Part shown: piece after piece, positions 29,245-39,122 of the stretch
Layout: every line of letters begins with the position of its first letter
Position numbering within the stretch: position 1 is the stretch's first letter
Assembly (NCBI GenBank): GCA_009927005.1
Contig: RFNV01000176.1
Coordinates: forward strand, 1-56,777
Direction of reading: 5' to 3'
Length of the DNA: 56,777 nt
From: Pseudomonadota bacterium
GTDB taxonomy: Bacteria; Bdellovibrionota; FAC87; UBA2466
The notes under the pieces: model-generated
The model's database searches: none
Told to the model about the DNA's origin: nothing
Seen by the model: the letters and a program-made list of their open reading frames with translations, nothing else
Position numbers and translations under genes: made by a program

Positions 29245-30684
29245 ATGAGAGTTCAACTGAAGAAATCTTCTTACGGCATCTTAAGTTTTCTGACTCTATC
29301 TCTTCTCATCTCCGCGTGTGGGAAATCGAATAAGATGGCCAATTTTGTTCCGGCACCTCAGGGCAATCAACAAGTCATTCCCACTTTAGATCCTTTTGCA
29401 AGTGGGCAACCTTCAAATACCTCCATCCTCGCTGCGAACTTAAGTGTTGTCGCAGCTCCCGGCCAATCAGCGAATGTAGGACAAGTGATTTATCTTTTTG
29501 CCTACGGCAGCTCCGGCAGCTCGAGCAACACTTATAATTTTCAATTTAGTAGCAATTCAATTGGAGCCAGCTTTGTCGGAACCTCTACCGGTGTCCAACA
29601 AGTCGGAGTCACTAGCTCTGGCGCTGGTTCAGTCACGGTAACAGTTACTACTGCCGCAGGTACCTACTCTACTGGAAGTATTACTCTGAACTTCACGGGC
29701 AGCACGATGACTCCTACCTCTTCGCCTTATTCCAGTTGCTCCATTCAAGGACCTTATGCGATTTCAAATTACTACAGTTCTGGCTCGCCCGCTTATCCAC
29801 AAGTGGGGGGTTCTTACTACTTCTCAGTTCAGAGCAATGGAAGTTCTTATTATGGATACGGTGACCAATTAAAAATCGTAAACGTCTGGACGCTAGATCC
29901 TTCAGAGACTGGCCGCTATTACAATTCGTGGTCACAATTCTGGATGACGTTTAATAGCGCCGGATCAAAAACGATTTATGTACGAGCTCAATCGCAAACC
30001 ACCGGAGCAATGTGTGATGCTCAAATCACTCTCAATGTCTCAGGCGGGGGATATTATCCAACTCCTACTCCGGGACCAGTCCCCAATTCCTGTGGACTTG
30101 ATCAGGGAACGAGTGGGCAATACTGCACTATGGCTATAGTTTATAGTTATTATTTCAATGGAACCAGTTGCCAACTCAACACAGGCACAAACGGCTGTGC
30201 TCCTCGCGGGCCATTCAACTCTCTTTCAGAATGCCAACAAGCAGTCGCTGCTGGCCGATGTGGCGGCAGCTCCGGCGGAACTCCTGTCACTCGCCAAGTT
30301 TCTGTCGATTCCCGTTCTACCCAGTGGGTGGATACAGGCGTTGATGTATCACCCAGCAGCGCGGGCTACGGCTCTTCTTTAACAGTCACCACTTCCGGGC
30401 AAATTCAGCATAGAGTGGGTGCTTACTCCACAGCTGATGGGGTAGATTCTAATGCCTACCAATATTGCAAAGTTTCTAACGCCCAGTCTTTTAGAAATGT
30501 AGCTTTGATTGGAAAAATTGGAGTAAATGGGACTCCATTCCTTGTTGGAAGTTACCTTAACACCAGCGTGACTTACAGCACGGGACGACTTTACTTGATT
30601 GTAAACGATCCAGGCTGTGCTTCCGATAACTCAGGAAGCTTTGTGGCTAATATCAACTTCCAACGCGTTCAATTGATGTACTAA
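29245..30684 (+). CDS. Ser/Thr/Gly-rich lipoprotein with Kunitz/BPTI-like and LecA/PA-IL-like domains
   Basis: GAGG RBS, lipobox ISAC; six-Cys module with YYFN, GC and FNSLSEC; C-terminal WVDTG...ALIGKIG...GRLYLIVND...DNSG domain. Confidence 0.75.
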   Translation: MRVQLKKSSYGILSFLTLSLLISACGKSNKMANFVPAPQGNQQVIPTLDPFASGQPSNTSILAANLSVVAAPGQSANVGQVIYLFAYGSSGSSSNTYNFQFSSNSIGASFVGTSTGVQQVGVTSSGAGSVTVTVTTAAGTYSTGSITLNFTGSTMTPTSSPYSSCSIQGPYAISNYYSSGSPAYPQVGGSYYFSVQSNGSSYYGYGDQLKIVNVWTLDPSETGRYYNSWSQFWMTFNSAGSKTIYVRAQSQTTGAMCDAQITLNVSGGGYYPTPTPGPVPNSCGLDQGTSGQYCTMAIVYSYYFNGTSCQLNTGTNGCAPRGPFNSLSECQQAVAAGRCGGSSGGTPVTRQVSVDSRSTQWVDTGVDVSPSSAGYGSSLTVTTSGQIQHRVGAYSTADGVDSNAYQYCKVSNAQSFRNVALIGKIGVNGTPFLVGSYLNTSVTYSTGRLYLIVNDPGCASDNSGSFVANINFQRVQLMY

Positions 30685-30692
30685 CCCTCACT

Positions 30693-32384
30693 TTACTTCG
30701 GAAACCGAAGTGCGACTTCGGGATCGCCAAAGAGATTCGTTTCGTAGAGCACCCAGCGCATGTACGAATTTGAATTAGCTTGATCAATCAGCCGTTCCTT
30801 TGCACGATACAAAGTCTTTCCTAGGCCACGGGAACCTTCTTTAAAAACCGTATCGTAAAACATCGTGTGAAGCCGATTGGAATGGCCGTTTCCTCCCCCT
30901 GGCTCGTACCAACCGTAATTTGAATTAGCTATCAGAGCTCCAGCGCCCCCATCTGCTAAATTGATCATCTTACTGGCCCAATTTGCTTGGCGCATATTTC
31001 CCGGAAAGCAACCTTGCGTAATTCCGAAGAAAGGAAAACTCGTTTTTACTTCTGGAATCATTTCTGCTTTCAAACGCAAACAGTAAGTCGTCTGGCAATG
31101 CCCCAAGTGGTTCAAAGTATAAAAAGGCGCAAGCTTCAAACTTTGAATCACAGTGGTAGAAGAATAAGTCACTTTAGGAGTCTCATAGAGTTTATAAAAC
31201 TCAGTCTGGGCCGGATACCCAACCGTCGGAACTCCTTGCCCTGCAATCCCTCCGATTTCGAGCATCTTAAGACTCATCGATGCGTAGGTAGAGCTATCTA
31301 GCTTCTCGCCGAAGTTTACGGTCTTCCAAACGAGCGGATCTCCCTCATTCACATCTTGGAGGGCAAATGCCTTTCGGACAAAAACATGAACATCGCTGAG
31401 GGTGGTCGCCGGGGCCCTGCCCACTGCTACTTCGCATGCCATATCGTAAGGCTTACTTTTAAAATCTCCATCTAGACAACCAAAGTAGAGATCAGAAGGA
31501 AGATTTCCCTCGCTCATGTTGACGGTGAGAATTTTGGTAGGGGTAATGGAGTATCCGTTACCCACCAAGAGAAGATATCGTGTTCCCTCGTCGCGATAAT
31601 GGGCCCTCACGGCCTCTCGAATTTTAGCTTGAGTGTCTGATCCTTGATAATTAGCTGTTACCTCTTCAAGGGTTAACGCTTTTGTCGTCATTCCCCGAGC
31701 TCTTTTTTCGAGCATAAGAGCTTTCAGGGAATGAATCGATTCATCTTCAAAAAACGCTGCGGGTCCGACAACTAAATACTCAGCGCTGGGGTTTTTTGCT
31801 GTGACAGGGGGATAAGTTTCGAGATCCCCCGTTTGATCTGCAAGCAGTAAAGCAGCTTTTTGGTCTTCCTCAGTCGCTGAAAATCCCCCGGTCGGTTTGG
31901 GATCTTCTTTTAAATACACCACTAGTTGTGATTGAGGGAGCCAAGTCAGGCTTTTACTTTCAAATTCGTAGCGTGCCGGATAGATATCGATATAGAGAAT
32001 TTGATAGCCATGCTTCTCTACGACAAAGGCCTCACCCAACGGAGTTTCAGGAAAATAACCAAGTCCTTCATCTAGAAAGTTCTTATTCAGATTATGACTT
32101 TCACTTTCACACATGGGCTTTGGAAAGGGGACCGGATCCAAAACGAGCTTCTCAGTCCACATTTGTTCATCGACTGTTTTAAGTTCTACTTTTTCAATGG
32201 TCTGATGAAAGGGTAGAAGAATTTTGGAAGTCATCTTGGGAAGAAGAGGTTTGCCGGGCAATTCCAGGTAGTCGCCGTCCCAGCTCAAATAGGTACCGCG
32301 AAAGGAAGGTAGCGAGTAGTGTTTGATGGTACTTCCCCAAACGGCACACGACAGAAATGCCAACGACACCAATAAAGGTTTCAT
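30693..32384 (-). CDS. C25 (gingipain-family) cysteine peptidase with propeptide
   Basis: Signal peptide, GKPLLP propeptide motif, YLLLVG, SDLYF, VGR, HLGH, QGC and NLFGDP motifs. Confidence 0.88.
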   Translation of the reverse strand: MKPLLVSLAFLSCAVWGSTIKHYSLPSFRGTYLSWDGDYLELPGKPLLPKMTSKILLPFHQTIEKVELKTVDEQMWTEKLVLDPVPFPKPMCESESHNLNKNFLDEGLGYFPETPLGEAFVVEKHGYQILYIDIYPARYEFESKSLTWLPQSQLVVYLKEDPKPTGGFSATEEDQKAALLLADQTGDLETYPPVTAKNPSAEYLVVGPAAFFEDESIHSLKALMLEKRARGMTTKALTLEEVTANYQGSDTQAKIREAVRAHYRDEGTRYLLLVGNGYSITPTKILTVNMSEGNLPSDLYFGCLDGDFKSKPYDMACEVAVGRAPATTLSDVHVFVRKAFALQDVNEGDPLVWKTVNFGEKLDSSTYASMSLKMLEIGGIAGQGVPTVGYPAQTEFYKLYETPKVTYSSTTVIQSLKLAPFYTLNHLGHCQTTYCLRLKAEMIPEVKTSFPFFGITQGCFPGNMRQANWASKMINLADGGAGALIANSNYGWYEPGGGNGHSNRLHTMFYDTVFKEGSRGLGKTLYRAKERLIDQANSNSYMRWVLYETNLFGDPEVALRFPK

Positions 32385-32394
32385 AACCCCCTCC

Positions 32395-32970
32395 TCATCC
32401 AAACATTTTAAGACCAGTAATAAAAGCCCCTAAGAAAGCAAGACCAGCAATACCCCAGACAATCGCAACCAGAATCAAAAATCGAGTGAGCACCACATGA
32501 AACGTTCGATAAGAAGCGTAAAGAATCCAAAGCACCCCAACAAAATTTAACAAGAGCCCTAACTGGGTTGATAACCCTGATAACAAGGCGATAGGCAAAA
32601 GTATAAAGCGGGCGCATGTATCAAAAGCTAGGTACTCTCTAAAACTCCCTTTGGCTTCTAACCACTCTTTCATGAGGACGACAAAACCGATGAAAATCCC
32701 CTGCCCAACTAAACCTCCCAGTTGACCTACAAACCGGCTTAAAAAATCATAACGTGCATTGAGAAGTCCTTGTACGATGCTCTCAATTACCATAAGCCCC
32801 AGAAGCACCCGGACAGTTGTCTCCATCGGGATGTCATAAGATTGTTCGGTCCAAAAACTCAGGCCCTGGCTAAAAAAATCTTTATAGGTTTTACGAATGG
32901 CAGCCCAACTCCATCGGTTTCCCGGAAAGAATCGATAACTGTTCCCTCTTTTTTCAATCTCGTTTGCCAT
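32395..32970 (-). CDS. Yip1-like membrane protein
   Basis: About five TM helices in 191 aa; operonic position. Confidence 0.6.
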   Translation of the reverse strand: MANEIEKRGNSYRFFPGNRWSWAAIRKTYKDFFSQGLSFWTEQSYDIPMETTVRVLLGLMVIESIVQGLLNARYDFLSRFVGQLGGLVGQGIFIGFVVLMKEWLEAKGSFREYLAFDTCARFILLPIALLSGLSTQLGLLLNFVGVLWILYASYRTFHVVLTRFLILVAIVWGIAGLAFLGAFITGLKMFG

Positions 32971-32974
32971 TTTT

Positions 32975-34108
32975 TTATCCTTGAAGTCTTCTCATTGCTA
33001 AAAACTGAACTGGGGATCGCGTTTTTCCGTCGATTACCCAATCAGAGAGAACCTCTCCAATAAGGCTTGCAAATTTAAACCCGTGCCCAGAAAACCCTCC
33101 CGCCCAAAAACCACCAGGACAATCGGGAATCGCATCTAAAATAAAATGAGTATCGGGTGAAAGAGTATAAAAACAAATCGCGCCCCTTGTGGGCTCTGGG
33201 TTTAAGTCCTTCAGGTACTCGACCACAAAGTCAGTTACAGGCTTCGCTTCTTCAGGCTTCACGCTTCGATCTTCTCGACTCGGATCCTTTACTAGTTCAA
33301 GGGGCTGATGAAGAGCGATTTTCACTTCTCCCCCGCTTTCGGTAAATCCATAGAAAAATCCTTCGGGTACATCGAATGCGAAACACGGAACACCTTTTTC
33401 TTTTTTAAACTTTCCCTGGGACTCAAACCAAAAAAGAGGGGCCCGGTGCACTTTTAAAAAGGGATTGGCTTCCTTCAGTAATATGCCGTTCCAAGAACCT
33501 GTCGTAATGACCAGTTGCTGAGCATGATAGGTACCTTTTGAAGTCATTACTTCAAAACCACTTTCAGTTTTCTTCCAGGAATTCACAGGCTCTTCAAAAT
33601 GAAGTTCAGATCCTAAATGGCCCGCTTGCTCGCAAAAAGTTTGAACACAGTTTTCCACTTCCAAATATCCGCCGGATTTCTCATAGAGTCCGATAAAGGA
33701 AGATGAAACGTTCGCTTGTGGAAACCGCTTTTGAATCGTCTTATAATCCCATTCTTCAATGGGAATCCCATACCGGCTTGAGCTTAACCGAACACCCTGC
33801 AAAATCTGGCTTTTTTTCTCTTCTCCGAAAATCACTAAACCCGTCTCATGCAGCAGTTTTTTCCTGCTCCGAAGCTCTAACTCTTTCCAAAGCTGATAAC
33901 TGCGTTCTAAAAGCGGGACGTAGTCTGGGTGCTCAAAATAAGCTTTTCGAATGAGCCTTGTTTCTCCATGGGAGCTTCCCCGGTCATGAGCACATGTAAA
34001 CTGCTCAAGCCCAAGAACTTTTTTTCCTTTTAGAGCTAATTGATAAGCCGTACTGCTTCCCATCGCTCCGAGACCCAGGACAATGCAATCAAAAGACGGT
34101 CTTTTCAT
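32975..34108 (-). CDS. solA: N-methyl-L-tryptophan/sarcosine oxidase family flavoprotein
   Basis: GLGAMGS, GSSHGETRLIR, ICFYT (covalent FAD Cys) and FSGHGFKF motifs. Confidence 0.9.
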   Translation of the reverse strand: MKRPSFDCIVLGLGAMGSSTAYQLALKGKKVLGLEQFTCAHDRGSSHGETRLIRKAYFEHPDYVPLLERSYQLWKELELRSRKKLLHETGLVIFGEEKKSQILQGVRLSSSRYGIPIEEWDYKTIQKRFPQANVSSSFIGLYEKSGGYLEVENCVQTFCEQAGHLGSELHFEEPVNSWKKTESGFEVMTSKGTYHAQQLVITTGSWNGILLKEANPFLKVHRAPLFWFESQGKFKKEKGVPCFAFDVPEGFFYGFTESGGEVKIALHQPLELVKDPSREDRSVKPEEAKPVTDFVVEYLKDLNPEPTRGAICFYTLSPDTHFILDAIPDCPGGFWAGGFSGHGFKFASLIGEVLSDWVIDGKTRSPVQFLAMRRLQG

Positions 34109-34117
34109 GAGACTACG

Positions 34118-35191
34118 CTAATCCACATCGGAGTGAGCATCCTGTATAGAAACACCCATCAATGTCGCTTGTGTAGGTAAGACCTGAAGGTTTGATTTTT
34201 TTAATCTTTCAATCACAGAAACTTTTTTCAGGGGATCCACTAAGACAACAAGGCTGCCCCCTTGAGCAGCTCCACATACTTTGACCCCTAACACTCCGGG
34301 TACTGCTTTCGTCTGCTCGATAATGGAATCCAAAGTAGGAGTACTCACTTGAAAAGTTGTTTTTCTCAAAGCCCATTCGGAGTCAAGGAGATTTCCCACG
34401 GCATTCCAGTCTACTTTTTCTTCTCTTAAAACAGCATCCAACTTGTGGGCAATCCCAGCAATTCCTTTCAATCCTTTGATGACTCCGGAATCCCCTTCGA
34501 CTGCTTTTTTGTATACTTCCCAGTTACTCATTCCACTGTGGTGCTTTTCCCCGGAGAAGATAACCAGAAGCCGTTCATTGAGCTGCTGGAACACAGGAGA
34601 AGAAAAAGAAGTCTGCTCAATCCGACCTAATTGGTACTCATAACCATGAAGGCCACCAAAAATCGCAGCCAAATAATCCTGAGTTCCCGTTGGCACTTTT
34701 AAGAAAGCTGCTTCAGTATCTTTAGCCCACTGGAGAAATCGCCACTGCCATCCCTGCTCTGTAAAATCGTTACAAACTCGGCACAACCCTCGGCCCAAAG
34801 CAACTAAAAGAGTGGAAGACCCGCCCAGTCCACTGCCGACGGGGACAGCGGAACCCAACTCAATTTCCATTGAAACTCTGGGAACCTGTCGTTGCAAAAT
34901 CAAAAACTGATTCACAATAAAAGCAGGAAACTTCAGTGAATCGGGAATCAAACTCAAATTAAGAGCTGGGTTTATTTCCGAAATTTTATATTGTTCTGTT
35001 TTGTTTTTGAGGATGACTTCAAGCTGTGAACTCTCCGAAACTTCAAAATCTACTCGGGCAAACAAATCGAGTGCGATATTAAGAGTCAAAGAAGAGGGGA
35101 TCAGACAAAACAAGGGCCAGAGATCCAAGGTACCTCCAGCAAGATCGGCTCTGCAAGGCGCCAAAACTTTAAATTTGTCTACGGTTTTCAA
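34118..35191 (-). CDS. GHMP-family sugar kinase (HddA-like)
   Basis: APCRADLAGGTLD, PVGSGLGGSS, TGTQD and KVCGA motifs. Confidence 0.85.
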   Translation of the reverse strand: MKTVDKFKVLAPCRADLAGGTLDLWPLFCLIPSSLTLNIALDLFARVDFEVSESSQLEVILKNKTEQYKISEINPALNLSLIPDSLKFPAFIVNQFLILQRQVPRVSMEIELGSAVPVGSGLGGSSTLLVALGRGLCRVCNDFTEQGWQWRFLQWAKDTEAAFLKVPTGTQDYLAAIFGGLHGYEYQLGRIEQTSFSSPVFQQLNERLLVIFSGEKHHSGMSNWEVYKKAVEGDSGVIKGLKGIAGIAHKLDAVLREEKVDWNAVGNLLDSEWALRKTTFQVSTPTLDSIIEQTKAVPGVLGVKVCGAAQGGSLVVLVDPLKKVSVIERLKKSNLQVLPTQATLMGVSIQDAHSDVD

Positions 35192-35200
35192 GAGGCCCCT

Positions 35201-35500
35201 CTAAAATTCAATCACGGTTTCGTCAGGCTTAATATACCCTAAAACCTTTCGAATCGTATGCTCTTGAGCTTGTCTATCTTGTTGAAGAGCTCGGATTTCG
35301 GAAACGAGTACATCTTTTTGTTCCTGAACCTTAGACAGTTCATTTTGAATGCGCTGATTCTCGTTGTTCATGCGCTTTAGGTCGAGCCATCCTCTTTTTC
35401 CAAACATTCCCATCACGAGGAGAATGGCAATCAGAGTCCAATTCACATTAAGAACAAGACGAAACGCCCGAGGGCTTTGAATTTGTTTTCTTGGAATCAT
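35201..35500 (-). CDS. ftsB: Septum formation initiator (FtsB/DivIC family)
   Basis: TM helix, FGKRGW, coiled coil, RKVLGYIKPDE. Confidence 0.82.
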   Translation of the reverse strand: MIPRKQIQSPRAFRLVLNVNWTLIAILLVMGMFGKRGWLDLKRMNNENQRIQNELSKVQEQKDVLVSEIRALQQDRQAQEHTIRKVLGYIKPDETVIEF

Positions 35501-35529
35501 GGGAAGTAAATGAAGGCTCTAAGACTTAT

Positions 35530-36972
35530 CTAAATTTGATGGACTTTAATCGTGTTGGTGGATCCGTGAGCCAAAATCGGAAGTCCTGCAGTAATTACTA
35601 TTCTATCGCCTCTTTGGCAGAGGTTCAATTTGAGAAGTTCTCGACTAATAGCATCAAACACCGCTGACTCAGAGCCTAATTTCTGAAGATCCGGCACCAG
35701 CACCGCTTCAACGCCCCATTTCAGACTTAGTTGACGATAAGTGTCCTTGCTTGAAGTCATTGCAATTAATCGATTGGCGGGCCGGCATTTGGAAGTAAGC
35801 AAAGCAGATTGCCCAGATTGCGTGACCACTACAAAAAGCTTCGACTTAACTACTGAAGCCAATCGAACGGCACTTTGTAAGAGTGCCATTGCAGTTTGTC
35901 CTTCGGGCGGCAAGAGCCACTCGTTGAAAGCAGTAATTCCCCAAGTCGGGGGCTCTGCTTCCATTTCCTCAACGATTTTTACCATCATTTGAACAGTCTC
36001 GATGGGAAATTTTCCAACAGCGGTTTCATTGGAAAGCATCACAGCATCGGTTCCATCCACAATGGCATTTGCAACATCGGATGCTTCAGCTCGAGTCGGA
36101 CGAGGATTATCTATCATCGAAGAAAGCATCTGAGTCGCAATAATCACCGATTTTCCTCTGAGATTTGCCCGCTTGATGATCTTTTTTTGGAGAACGGGAA
36201 CTCGTTCATTTCCAACTTCTACTGCTAAATCTCCTCGGGCCACCAAAACGCCATCGGAGACGTCAATGATGTCATCCAAATTGGCCAAAGCTTCTCTTTT
36301 TTCAATCTTAGCCAAAAGTAAAATATTTTTTCCACGAGACTGGATAAAGCTCTTTAAACTTCTCACTTCTTGGGCTGTTCGAACAAAGGACATTGCAATA
36401 AAATCGACTCCTCGTTCGAGGCAGAACAAAATATCGTCGTAATCTTTTTCAGTGATGCTTCTGGCGGAAAAGGAACTTTCCGGAGCGCTAATCCCTTTGT
36501 GTGGCTTTAAGATACCCCCGTTGATGATTCGACACTTTAATCCACGAGCATTTTTTTCTTCTGCCCTTAATTCGATCAAACCATCATCTAAAAGAATGGT
36601 GTGTCCCGGAAGAACATCTTTAATAAACTCTTTATAATCGGTAGGGATAACAGCCAGCTCCCCTTCCATTCCGCCCATGACCGGCTCAGTGACAATCAGG
36701 GCTTCTTTCCCATTGATGAGCTCTAAATCTCCTGTTTGGAATTTTCCTACTCGGATTTTGGGTCCCTGAATGTCAGCCATGATTCCCAGTGGCTTTCCCA
36801 AGCGGGGTTCAATTTCTCTGATATAGCCAATGATTCGGGAAAAGTCGGCGTGATTACCATGAGAAAAATTAAGACGGACGATATCCATGCCAGCGCGAGC
36901 CAGCGCTTCAATTTTCTCCGGAGTGCTCGTAGCCGGGCCTACCGTACAAATGATTTTAGCTTTTCTTACCAC
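35530..36972 (-). CDS. pyk: Pyruvate kinase
   Basis: KIICTVGPA, RLNFSHG, VARGDL, ATQML, PTRAE and DAVMLS motifs. Confidence 0.97.
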   Translation of the reverse strand: MVRKAKIICTVGPATSTPEKIEALARAGMDIVRLNFSHGNHADFSRIIGYIREIEPRLGKPLGIMADIQGPKIRVGKFQTGDLELINGKEALIVTEPVMGGMEGELAVIPTDYKEFIKDVLPGHTILLDDGLIELRAEEKNARGLKCRIINGGILKPHKGISAPESSFSARSITEKDYDDILFCLERGVDFIAMSFVRTAQEVRSLKSFIQSRGKNILLLAKIEKREALANLDDIIDVSDGVLVARGDLAVEVGNERVPVLQKKIIKRANLRGKSVIIATQMLSSMIDNPRPTRAEASDVANAIVDGTDAVMLSNETAVGKFPIETVQMMVKIVEEMEAEPPTWGITAFNEWLLPPEGQTAMALLQSAVRLASVVKSKLFVVVTQSGQSALLTSKCRPANRLIAMTSSKDTYRQLSLKWGVEAVLVPDLQKLGSESAVFDAISRELLKLNLCQRGDRIVITAGLPILAHGSTNTIKVHQI

Positions 36973-37010
36973 GGGTCACACGATAGCTAGAGAACAGCCG
37001 AGTGTAAAGT

Positions 37011-37613
37011 TTACTGCAAAAAGAAAGATGCAAAATGGACATCTTTTACTAATGGCTTTTGAAAATGTTCATTGATCCGTCGAATCAACAATTCCTTGTA
37101 ATAAAGCTTTCCAGACAAAGTTGAAAGCCGCTCGTATTCCTGTTCTCGGGAAGTCTGAATAATCAGGTTTTTAACTGCGGGTTGGTTTGATTTGAAAGCT
37201 TGCTTTGCTTCCAGATCAAAAAACTCTACGTCGACCTTAATCGCTAAAGTATGGCTGCTTTTGTCCTGATTAATATTCGCAAACAACTCATCTAGGCTTA
37301 AGAAAGGGATCATTCCCTTGGAACTAGCAGTTTCTCGCTTTTCAGCGGGAGCACTTTCCCCATGTCCTCCGCTTCCGTGGCCTTCCGCCGGGGCCTCACC
37401 ATGACCACCGCCATGCTCTTCGGCTTTTGCCGTCTCGTGACCGCCGCCATGGGCGCTCTCCTTAACTTCTTCGTGTCCGGCCCCCTCAGAGTGAGCAGCG
37501 ACGTGCTCTGAGTGCTTAGAGAACCGATTCAATGAGTTCATGCTCTGATAGAAAATAAAACCAGTGACGACTGCACTGACCAGCCCTAATCCCAATCCCA
37601 AAATTTTTAACAT
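37011..37613 (-). CDS. fliL: FliL-family flagellar basal-body-associated protein with His/Gly-rich linker
   Basis: N-terminal TM helix, LDELFANI, GKLYYKELLIRRIN and VKDVHF motifs. Confidence 0.8.
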   Translation of the reverse strand: MLKILGLGLGLVSAVVTGFIFYQSMNSLNRFSKHSEHVAAHSEGAGHEEVKESAHGGGHETAKAEEHGGGHGEAPAEGHGSGGHGESAPAEKRETASSKGMIPFLSLDELFANINQDKSSHTLAIKVDVEFFDLEAKQAFKSNQPAVKNLIIQTSREQEYERLSTLSGKLYYKELLIRRINEHFQKPLVKDVHFASFFLQ

Positions 37614-37727
37614 GGATCCCCCTGCTCTTTATCCAGTATAACCCAAAACAACGCGACGCGTTTAATTGTGAAAAAAACTTCAAGATTGCTCCAGGGGTTG
37701 GTGAGATTCGTGTTAAAATTTGAATAA

Positions 37728-39122
37728 TTGAAAGCTCTTTATGTCATTTTTTTCATTCTTTTGAATTTCTCGGGGCCCCTTCACGCCGAGGAAACTTCCA
37801 ACTCAGAAATTCAGGAAAAGGGAATTGAGATTTCTCAAGAGGAAGAGAGTGCTTCAGAAAGCTACGAAGTTTCTTCTATTAACCGCAAAGAGCATCTCTA
37901 CCCCTCCAATTGGGGAACAGTGGGAATTTTTAGAACCCGCTCCGCTGAGAGTTTGCCTTTGGGAGCTCTGAGCTTCGGAATTGGCGGTGAGTTCTACTCG
38001 GTAAGCAACGCACCAGATTTTGGTACAGGCAGGGAAGCTAATTCGATCGCCGAGAATTTATTTGTGGGATACTCTCCCCTCAATAATCTGACACTCGCTG
38101 TAGTTCGAAGAAACTCTTCCACTACTTTCGGCACTCCGAAACAACTCATTTCTTCACTCGGGGATTTTAATTTTTCGGCTGTTTACTCTTTTCCAATCAA
38201 TGACAGTTTTGCTATTGCGCCCATTGGAAATTTTCTTATTGCTTCTAATTTTAATAGTCTCTCCCCTGCCGTCAGCACTCTCAGTGGCGGACTCGGAGTC
38301 CTTGGAACATTTTCTCTTTACCCCAGCACAGGGCTGCCGCTTTTTTTTCACTTAAATTTGCTCTATCACATGCCTCAAATCCGCTCGGCTAGCTCTGGAA
38401 TTCTTGCTTCAGAAACTTTTTATGAATTCAGTCGCTTTTCAACCATCAATACTGCGTTGGGGGTGGAATACAAATTGGGCGACTTTATTCCCTTCTTAGA
38501 GTTTCAACACACTCACCATGTAAATAGTTCTTTGAGCTGGACGAACTCTCCCTCTCGCTTAAGTGCTGGGGCTCGGTTTACTCCGCTAGACAATAAGAGC
38601 TTAGCTTTGCTCTTGGGAGCCGATGTCGCTATCAACCGTGGACTCTCCGGTGGAACACCGGTTGCGGGAGTTCCCTTCATGCCCGACTACCAAATTCTAG
38701 GACAAGTTAGCTACACATTTGGAATCACCCAGACGGAGCGAAAGCATTACTTCACCACATCGGATGTCAATATAGTCGATAGAAAATTTGTGATCCGTAA
38801 AAACATTAATTTCAAAGTGGGAAGTGCAGAACTCTTGCGTGATAGCTACAATCTTCTTGATCAGATTGCAGAAGTGATTAAAGAAAACAAAGTGAGAAAA
38901 CTTTTGATTTCAGGCCATACAGACTCTACTCATACCGAGGCCTACAATCTAAAGCTTTCTCTCGCTCGAGCAAACTCTGTAAAAGCTTATCTAGTCAGCA
39001 AGGGAATCCCAGAAGATAGTCTCGTGACCCAGGGCTTCGGAAAACGAAAACCAAAAGCTAGTAACGCGAGCGAACGCGGAAGAAAATTAAACCGTCGGGT
39101 TGAGTTCTTTATTTTGGAATAG
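37728..39122 (+). CDS. OmpA-family outer membrane protein
   Basis: Signal peptide, beta-rich N domain, C-terminal INFKVGS...GHTD...NLKLSLARA...NRRVEF. Confidence 0.88.
   Translation: MKALYVIFFILLNFSGPLHAEETSNSEIQEKGIEISQEEESASESYEVSSINRKEHLYPSNWGTVGIFRTRSAESLPLGALSFGIGGEFYSVSNAPDFGTGREANSIAENLFVGYSPLNNLTLAVVRRNSSTTFGTPKQLISSLGDFNFSAVYSFPINDSFAIAPIGNFLIASNFNSLSPAVSTLSGGLGVLGTFSLYPSTGLPLFFHLNLLYHMPQIRSASSGILASETFYEFSRFSTINTALGVEYKLGDFIPFLEFQHTHHVNSSLSWTNSPSRLSAGARFTPLDNKSLALLLGADVAINRGLSGGTPVAGVPFMPDYQILGQVSYTFGITQTERKHYFTTSDVNIVDRKFVIRKNINFKVGSAELLRDSYNLLDQIAEVIKENKVRKLLISGHTDSTHTEAYNLKLSLARANSVKAYLVSKGIPEDSLVTQGFGKRKPKASNASERGRKLNRRVEFFILE

Noticed and set aside
30091-32384. Kunitz-like module as cognate inhibitor of the neighbouring C25 peptidase
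   Set aside because: Kunitz domains typically inhibit serine proteases; the genes are convergent and only adjacency supports the link.
37728-39122. Myxobacterial TraB-like protein
   Set aside because: No thrombospondin type-3 repeats and no traA-like neighbour.
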